64,000 nucleotides of DNA from Octopus vulgaris (Eukaryota). Positions within the stretch are counted from its first letter, which is position 1. Each line of letters begins with the position of its first letter. The stretch lies in contig OX597831.1 of NCBI GenBank assembly GCA_951406725.2, positions 43,710,001 through 43,774,000 on the forward strand, given 5' to 3'. The notes under the pieces were generated by a model. The model searched no databases and was not told the origin of the DNA. It worked only from the letters and a program-made list of their open reading frames with translations. Positions 55,470 through 64,000 of this stretch are shown piece after piece. The position numbers and the translations under genes were made by a program.

Positions 55470-56199
55470 GTAACAACAGCAGCAGCAGCAGCAGCTGTAG
55501 TAATGGGAGGGAGGAAGAGGGGGAGAATCTCTTAGTGTTAGTGGTAGTGGCGATGGAGGTGGTGGGGGAGGACAAAGGTGGAAGGAGGGATGATTGCTGG
55601 AGTGACGGTGGGAGGATAACGAAAGTGGAAAGGCGACGGCGATGGTGATGGTAGCGGCGGCGAGGTGGTGATTTGGGAGACGGAGAAGGCGACGGTGACA
55701 GTTGATAGTGTTGTTATTGTTGTTGTTGCTATTGGAAGGTGGTAATAATGGTAGGAGGATGGTGACGACGATGATGATGATGATGGTACAATACGATAAC
55801 AGTGATAGTGATGGTGGTGGTGGTGATGATGGTAGTGGTTGGTGAACGTATTGATGATGGTGATGATTAATAGTAATGATAGTGGTGTTGATGAAGACGG
55901 CGGTGATGGTCGTGACGATAATGATGATAGTGGTGGTGGTGGTGGTGGTGGTGGCTGCAGTGCTGGGATGCTGTTGGAGTGGGATGGGAGGATGGTGACA
56001 GGAGTAATGGAGAAGTGTCGTAGCGGATAGAAGGGAGGGAGAGGGCCGCAAGACAGTGGAGGTGGTTGTGGTTGTAGTGGTGATATGATGGTGGTGGTGG
56101 TGGTGGTGTTGGTATCGGCAGTGTTTTGGAAGGAAGAAGATGGTGAAGGGTGATAGGATGGCGATGGTTTGTATATTAGTTAGCCCATAGTGGCAGTGC

Positions 56200-56230
<31 letters not shown>

Positions 56231-56685
56231 GATGAAAGATCGAGGTGACAGTAATAGTGCTGCGAGATGGCGATGGGCGAGGGAGCGTAATCACAAAACA
56301 GGAAAGTAGTGAAATGGGGGGAGGGGAAGACACGATGGCGAAAGTGTTGGTGGTGGGTCTCCTGCCAAGTGACAGTAACAGTAGTGATAGTATAATAGGT
56401 AGGAGGGCTGGAATAACGGCAGTGGTATGTTGGCAGTAGTATTGGTGGTGGTGGAGGCGAAGGCAGCAGCAGTAAGTAGTGGGGAGGGGAGACAGGCAGT
56501 AGCAGTGGATATAGTGGTGATGATGGAGGTGATGGTGGTGGTGGCGGTGGTGGTGGCGGTGGTAGTAGTGGTTGTTTTTGTGGCGGTGGCGACGGCCGTG
56601 ATGGTCGTGGTGGTGGTGGTGGTGGTAATGACAGGGATAGCGATAGCAGTGGAAGTAGCAGTAGGCAAACAGCAGCATTGGTAGC

Positions 56686-56722
<37 letters not shown>

Positions 56723-56725
56723 AGA
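55470..56725. repeat. Mixed (GGT/GAT/GTA/CAG)n low-complexity tract
   Basis: Directly visible; yields long overlapping minus-strand ORFs in all three frames. Confidence 0.85.
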
Positions 56726-57174
56726 AAGAGGCGGAGAAGGTACATAACGACAATAGGAAAAGGGGGAAAACAACAAAACAAAACAAAACAAAACACAGTG
56801 GTGGTAGGAGGAGAAGGGAAGAGAAAGGAAGAGAAGAGTAAGTAGACAGTTGTGCAGTTGATATGCCTCAACGGGAAGTCCAACTGCAGTAGACGTCACT
56901 ATCAACCACCGTTTGTAATTGCTATTGCTATGCAGTGGTATTGCACTAGCAGTTTTCATGAAAACATCAACATCAACTTCCAACGGAAGCTAGTTCATGT
57001 GTGTGTGTGTGTGAATATGCGTGTATGTGTGTGTGTGTGTGTGTGAATATGCGTGTATGTGTGTGTGTGTATTTGTGTGCAAGAATACATGTATAAACGA
57101 ACGTGTTTATACATACACAAACACGGACACACGTCACTTTCTCCATATATATATATATGCATATGGATATACAT

Positions 57175-57216
<42 letters not shown>

Positions 57217-57705
57217 GCATGCATATTTATATGTAGATGCATGCTTACATATATATGCGTATATTTACGATATTCAAATACTAGATTGTTTACACTCACA
57301 TACTGACGCACATGTGTCTGTTTGTGAGCATTTACATACCTTTCTAAGGCGGTTATAAATACATACATACATACATACATACATACATACATACATACAT
57401 ACATACATACATACATACACACACAAAGACACACACGCGCGCGCACATACACAGACAGATAGAAAGACAGAGGGATGTATACATACGTCCTTACTTTGAA
57501 CTCCCAGCTTCCGATGGAGTCGGCGGAGCGCTGTAGTAAGATACACGTGTGTGCGTGTATGTATGTGGATATATGCGCGAAGTGTGACACAAGCCATCGC
57601 ACAACAAAATCTGAGAAGCAAGTTCGATCCTCGGTTAAGGCGTCTCGCTTCATATACTTTCCGTTCTCGTGATTTCGGTTCAAAACCGTATCCTTGAGAC
57701 CGAAC

Positions 57706-57781
<76 letters not shown>

Positions 57782-57791
57782 ATGTGTGTGT

Positions 57792-57902
57792 ATCCTCTTA
57801 CTGGGTTTCAGCCAGAGGCTGGGGCCATGCTGGAGCACCGCAATAATTAACGTTCCCACGCCGGGAATCGAACCCGCGCCGCTTGGCTGACAGTCAGGAA
57901 TC
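57792..57902 (-). mobile_element. Minimal SINE: 5'-truncated tRNA-Glu-like head (57853-57902) plus shared family A-type tail
   Basis: GATTCCTGACTGTCAGCCAAGCGGCGCGGGTTCGATTCCCGGCGTGGGAA aligns ungapped to the 3' two-thirds of metazoan tRNA-Glu(TTC) as recalled; followed by GCGGTGCTCCAGCATGGCC...GCTGAAAC. Confidence 0.7.
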
Positions 57903-58891
57903 GTGTATGTGTGTAGATTCACTCCATGTGGAGTTTGCTATCATATGTATATATATGACAATAAACCCGTATATGTATATATAAATAAGTGTGGTCTTGT
58001 TTGTACATGTGTATGTATTTGTTACCAACATACATATATACACACAAGTACCTATGCATATATATATATATATATGTATACATGCATACATAGGCACATG
58101 CATACGTTTACACACACATATACTTATATATCAATATACTTCGAATAAAATTTTTTTCAAATGCAGTTAGTCTACAGAAAATCATATTAAATTATATCGC
58201 ATTAAATCCAGTTCATGGGGCGGATTAGTAGACTTCTACCATACATTCCTGATGTATTACATGCATACATGTGTCTGTATGTATGCATAAATATGTTTGT
58301 GTATTTCTATGTATTCACATATATATGTGTGTGTGTACATATGTATATGTGTGTATGCGTGCGTGTATGTGTGTATGTAAATGTATATGTAGACACACAC
58401 GTACATATGTTTTAGTGAACGGACGCCATTTTTTTTTCTTTTTAGTTTTTCATTATCGGCTGCATTAGCCTATGATTTAACACAATTAAATATATGTTAA
58501 TGTACATAAACCTAGTTGATATCATTGAGTAATTCAAAGTATGTGCAAGTCATAGTCGTGACGTCTGAATCCGGCTAAGCTTGAGTCATTGAAGAATATC
58601 AAAGGGAATTGAAAAACCCTCATCGGGGATCAGTCAAACAATCGTCTTGCTGATACATAGCAATAAACAAATAGATTGGACTTGGTGCAATATTATTCAA
58701 TTATGTGTATACTGTCGTTGTCTTGTGGAATAATGAATGAATAAAACAACGTGACAGTCAGTCATTCGTTGTCGAGACATATGAATCTGTTTTAGGTCGG
58801 GTAAGGGATGAATATCAAAAAGAGACTTGGGAAATCTCATAAGGCTTAAGTCATACGATCAAACGATCGTCATCATACAGATATGTATATG

Positions 58892-58958
<67 letters not shown>

Positions 58959-59442
58959 ATGTATGTATGTATGTATGTATGTATGTATGTATGTATGTAT
59001 GTATGTATGTATGTATGTATGTATGTATATGACTAGCACACTAGCTACTCCGGTTACGACGGCGAGGTTTCCTGTTGGTCTGTTCAACGGAATAGCCTGT
59101 TCGTGAAATTAACGTGCAAGTGGCTGAGCACTCCAAAGTTTTCAGAGGAAATACGAGTATTTGTGAACACTAATAGTGTCGAAGACATGGGAATGGACAA
59201 AATGAAGCTAAACCTGTCGCTAAGGGACTTTCCTTTAAAACCAGTGCCCCGCAACATCTTTTCACTTGCGGTACACTTATATTCTTTTCAACTTTCGGCA
59301 GCACATTTGAACTAAAAACATAACTTAAAGCAAGGGCGAAAAAATTATATTCAGGCTACACTGTGACACACCTAGCATCGTCTCGTGACACACCAGTGTG
59401 CCCCGGAATACCAGTTGCGGAGCACTGCTCAAACCAATAAAA

Positions 59443-59509
<67 letters not shown>

Positions 59510-60009
59510 CATGCAAACATGTATATTCATGTGTATTTATCTTTTAGTTGTTTCAGTCATTGACTCCGGCCATGCTGGAGCACAGTTTTTGTTCAAAGAA
59601 GTAATGGAATTGATATTTACTAAAAATATTCTAAACTCCTTTGGTCTTCTTCTGGTTCACAGGTTCATACCAGGCGTACAGATCGATATTCAAGTCATAT
59701 TTATTCATGACTGGTTTTGTAAAAGAAAAAAAGAAAGAAGAATGACCACTGAGAGAAATAGAATCGACTTTTCAATAACTGACCTGCATAAATAAACCAG
59801 TTACTCTTCTAGACCAGATGTCCTAGACGCAGGTGGTGAAGAAACTGGGACATTTTCAATCCAAAATATTGAAACTGGCTTCGAAGAAATAAGAAATTGT
59901 AGCAACTTATCAGTTTAGTGTAGAGATCCTCATGTAGGCCAATACTTTCCCTTCTCTCTCTCTTTCCTTCCCTCCCCCTCTCTCTCACTTTCTTTTTCTC
60001 TCTCTCAGT

Positions 60010-60120
60010 TTCAATATTTTGCGAAACGTTCCAGACTCCTTATGGATTAACTTGTGTGGCCGAGCATCTGTTTTCCGCTGGCACAAAAGTTTCAAGGACA
60101 GGAGAGATGAGGTGAGAGGC

Positions 60121-60122
<2 letters not shown>
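60010..60122 (+). pseudogene. mariner transposase N-terminal HTH remnant
   Basis: GRASVFRWHKSFKDRRDEV resembles the mariner motif SR..VF.W..RFK.GR..V. Confidence 0.55.
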
Positions 60123-60156
<34 letters not shown>

Positions 60157-60393
60157 CATCAGACCATCAGAGCTGGTTGTGACAATACTATAGTAACTGG
60201 TCTTTCGACAATGTATATGCATTAACTATGATGCACAGATGGCTATTGGAATACCAGCAATTTAACCGTGCAACAAAGACGTAATAAAAGTTTTGAAATT
60301 ACACTGTAGAGGTGCCTTGGTCGGAAAACTGTTTCTCGATACTGGCGGTTGTCTAGAAAATAAAAGCGATATGCATATAAGAGTTACAACACT

Positions 60394-60610
60394 AAGGCGG
60401 CGCGGTGGCAGAATCGTTAGCACGCAGGGTAAAATACTAAGCGGCATTTCGTCCGTCCTTACGTTCTGAGTTCAAATTTCGCCAAGGTCGACTTTGCCTT
60501 TCATCCTTTCGGGGTCGATAAATTAAGTATTAATTAAATACTGGGGTCGATGTTATCGACTATCTCCCTCCCACAAAATGTAAGGTCTTGCGCCTTTAGT
60601 AGAAAGGATT
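60394..60610 (+). mobile_element. SINE family B, full length
   Basis: AAGGCGGCG...GCAGAATCGTTAG...AGTAGAAAGGATT. Confidence 0.85.
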
Positions 60611-60611
60611 A

Positions 60612-60738
60612 GTATAAAAGATGGGCTACGGCAAATATTCTGCTCGATACCACAGATTTGTTTGTCAGTTGTTTGACCTTAACCAGTTGACCATGTCCCT
60701 TAGTGGCTGGCGATATGTGCATCTCTGACCACGAGCAG

Positions 60739-60795
<57 letters not shown>

Positions 60796-61487
60796 CATTA
60801 TTATTATTATTATTGAGTGAGAGAGCAGTACATGCCATCAAAGTGACACTGGGGTAAAATATACGAAGCCAGTATACCCATCATAACTACCCGTATGATA
60901 AGGGTACTCTAGGCATATGCATCACAACCATATGTGCGCGACATGGTGATCTCATATCAAGATAAACAGCACATGACCTTGCAGTAGGGCCCCAGTTAGA
61001 ATTTTCTTCTGGTCGAGTAACCCATCACGTTCAAAAGGTCTCTGAATAAGGGTTGTTTAAGGATGTTGAACGAAACACCCATGTTTCCAGAGGGGAATTA
61101 TTCAAACCCCAAAGAATCCCTCTCAACACATGGCTATGATGCTCCCCTACTACTTCTGCTCGTGGTCAGAGATGCACATATCGTCAGCCACTAAGGAACA
61201 TGGTCAACTGGTTAAGGTCAAACAACTGACAAGCAAATCTGTGGTATGGGGTCGATAAATTAAGTTCCAGTTACGCACTGGGGTCGATGTAATCGACTTA
61301 ATCCGTTTGACTGTCCTTGTTTGTCCCCTCTGTGTTTAGCCCCTTGTGGGTAGTAAAGAAATAGGTATTGAGCAGAATATTTGCTGTAGCCCATCTTTTA
61401 TACCAAGACAAAACAATGTACATGATAACACTTCCAATCAGTTAAGATCAGAAGCCACGAGAGCCACTGCCTGGTACTGCATCAGGG

Positions 61488-61490
<3 letters not shown>
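60612..61490. mobile_element. Unclassified (ATT)n-flanked element (60814-61490) with an inverted partial copy (60612-60743) and a nested SINE B fragment (61248-61363)
   Basis: 60612-60743 is the reverse complement of 61151-61403 once the 116-bp insert and one of its two flanking GGTAT copies are removed. Confidence 0.7.
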
Positions 61491-61562
<72 letters not shown>

Positions 61563-61568
61563 TTATAA

Positions 61569-61745
61569 AAGGCGGCGAGCTGGCAGAATCGTTAGTACGC
61601 CGGGTGAAATGCTTAGCGGCATTTCGTCTGTCATTACGTTCTGAGTTCAAATTCCGCCGAGGCTGACATTGCCTTTCATCCTTTTGGGATCGATAAAAAT
61701 AAAGTACCAGTTGTGGTGTTATGCCAAAATTTGAAACCATTATAA
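61569..61745 (+). mobile_element. SINE family B
   Basis: Head and core match. Confidence 0.8.
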
Positions 61746-62415
61746 GTTACGAAAAACTTGATGATGGTATGATGGTCACGATATGATAATATCTGCACTG
61801 AACACTGTGAGCAGATCCTGAGAACAGAGCAATCGTTCAAATTTTGACAAACTTTATGCGTGTGGTGACCTGCGCAAATCAGGATTCGCTAGAAATGATA
61901 GACAGACAAAGATCAGATAAATTGACTCAATTGGATACCAAGGTGATATTTAAAATGTCACAGTTGTATAAACTACCGATTATCTACTCTGGTTTATTAT
62001 TTCTTATTTGGGTCTTACTCAGAAAATAGATTAAAAATTAAAGCATTAATAATTGAATAAACGAAAGCGACATTCTGCTACCAAGTAAACGTAGGAATTA
62101 ATTAATTAATTAATTTATTAGTTTGTTTGTCGGAGGAAAATATTTCAAATGGATTAAAATATATTATGCGATGTCGATTTGTAATAATTTTTCAATACAC
62201 AGAACCAATAAATGTTTATTCGTGTTGCTTTCAAACTGATATTTCCTCACGTTTTATTGTATTTATTTTCACCCTGACGCTTCAAAATGTAAACACACAC
62301 TCACACGCGCGCGCGCGCGCACTGATATGGTTACCTTATCTTTTTTTAAAGGTTACAGAATTCATCATGTCAATAACAATCCCGTCTTCATTATCACAAT
62401 ATTCTCTCTCTCTCG

Positions 62416-62458
<43 letters not shown>

Positions 62459-62513
62459 ACCTCTCTCTCTTTTCCCTCTCTCTCTTCCTCCTCTTTTTCT
62501 CTCTCTCTCTTTC

Positions 62514-62599
<86 letters not shown>

Positions 62600-62858
62600 T
62601 GTGTGTATGTCCTACTTCCGTTTGACAACGGTTGTTGGTTTGTTTATGTTTCCGCAACTTAGCGGCTCGGCAAAAGAATCTGATATAGAATAAGTACCAA
62701 ACCAAAAAAAAAATGTAATGGAGTTGATTTGTATGAGTAAACCCTTTAAGGCAGTGCTCCATCAGGGCCGCAGTCCAGTGACTGAGACAAGCAAAAGATA
62801 ATAGATAAAAGAATCACCATGTCTGAATCTCTCGGGTCATCTATCCATCAGCAACAGC

Positions 62859-63140
62859 AGGAGGCGCAATGGCCCAGTGGTTAGGGCAGCGGACTCGCGG
62901 TTTCGATTCCCAGACAGGGCGTTGTGTGTGTTTATTGAGCGAAAAGACCTAAAGCTCCACGAGGCTCCGACAGGGGGTGGTGGCGACCCCTGTTTTACTC
63001 TTTCGCCCCAACTTTCTCTCACTCTTTCTTCCTGTTTCTTATCCCCGACTTCCTACGCAACCGCTGAGCCTGGATGCGCATTCATCCATCCGTCGATGCT
63101 CTCGGTGTCGGGGGTTGACCTGCTTTCTCTTCTGCGGGTC
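62859..63140 (+). mobile_element. tRNA-headed SINE-like element, family D
   Basis: A box TGGCCCAGTGG and B-box-like GGTTTCGATTCCC, followed by a GC-rich body; single copy in this window. Confidence 0.55.
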
Positions 63141-63145
63141 TTAGT

Positions 63146-63281
63146 AGCTTGCTCACCAACCACATGGTTCCGGGTTCAGTCCAACTGCGTGGCACCTTGG
63201 GCAAGTGTCTTCTACTATAGCCTCGGGTCGACCAAAGCCTTGTGAGTGGATTTGGTAGACGGAAACTGAAAGAAGCCCGTC

Positions 63282-63355
<74 letters not shown>

Positions 63356-63846
63356 TTGTGTGTCTGTGTTTATCCCCGCAACATCGCTTGACAACCGATG
63401 CTGGTGTATTTACGTCCCCGTAACTTAGCGGTTCGGCAAGAGACCGATAGAATAAGTACTATGCAGTCATTTGACTGTGGCTATGCTGGAGCACCGCCTT
63501 TAGACGAGCAAATCGACCCCAGGACTTATTCTTTGTAAGCCTAGTACTAACTTTATCGATCTTTTTTGCTGAACCAATAAGTTACGGGAACGTAAACACA
63601 CCCGCATCGGTTGTCAAGCGATGCTGGGAGGACAAACACATATACACAAACGTACACACACACAAACACACACACACACACACACACATACATATACACG
63701 ACGGGCTTCTTTCAGTTTCCGTCTACCAAATCCATTCACAATGCTTTGGTCGGCCCGAGGCTATAGTAGAAGACACTTGCCCAAAGTGCCACGCAGTGGG
63801 ACGGAATCCGGAGCCATGTGGTTGGTAAGCAAGCTACTTACTACAC
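63146..63846. mobile_element. Two SINE family A copies fused tail-to-tail (63146-63460 +; 63464-63846 -)
   Basis: The plus copy stops at AATAAGTACT and the minus copy begins 3 nt later. Confidence 0.85.
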
Positions 63847-64000
63847 TTCTTGCAATTAGAAAAATGAGGATAATGAAAAAAAAAAGTAACTGTTGCTATG
63901 CAACATTACCAGTGATATAGCTAATAGGAGAACCAAGGGGAGCGACCGTTCTCTGTGAGCACATTTTTCAAAATTGGCGCCTTTCATATACATTACTGTA

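Noticed and set aside
56917-56955. Hairpin with CAGTG loop and TATTGCACT (IRE-like, miR-92-like)
   Set aside because: No bulged C at the IRE position and the upper stem is mismatched; too short for a pre-miRNA and only the seed matches.
57684-57710. Partial resemblance to miR-100 (CCGAACTTGTG)
   Set aside because: The 5' half and seed differ, there is no hairpin, and the match runs into (TG)n.
57853-57902. Functional tRNA gene
   Set aside because: Lacks the 5' acceptor strand and D arm, and the anticodon stem is broken; kept as a SINE head.

Overview
This is AT-rich, microsatellite-saturated eukaryotic DNA. The repeat landscape ((TA)n, (GATA)n, (CA)n, (GAT)n, several tRNA-headed SINE families, TTAA/TA/8-bp-TSD MITEs) suggests a coleoid cephalopod, probably Octopus; this is inferred from repeat style only. 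Nearly all supplied ORFs are translations of microsatellites or SINEs. I recognise no complete protein gene: there is one plausible coding exon (1351-1624, +), several weak minus-strand exon candidates, and decayed mariner and RTE remnants. The strongest signal is a set of type-I hammerhead ribozyme (HHR) motifs: 9 complete, 2 decayed and 1 half. They belong to at least five unrelated short elements, mostly inserted in (TA)n tracts and often with inverted terminal duplications, which is Penelope-like/retrozyme architecture. One family (4 copies) has a non-canonical CUGUNGA core that varies only at tolerant positions. One 269-bp palindrome carries an HHR on each strand. Coordinates were counted by eye; repeat boundaries are approximate.
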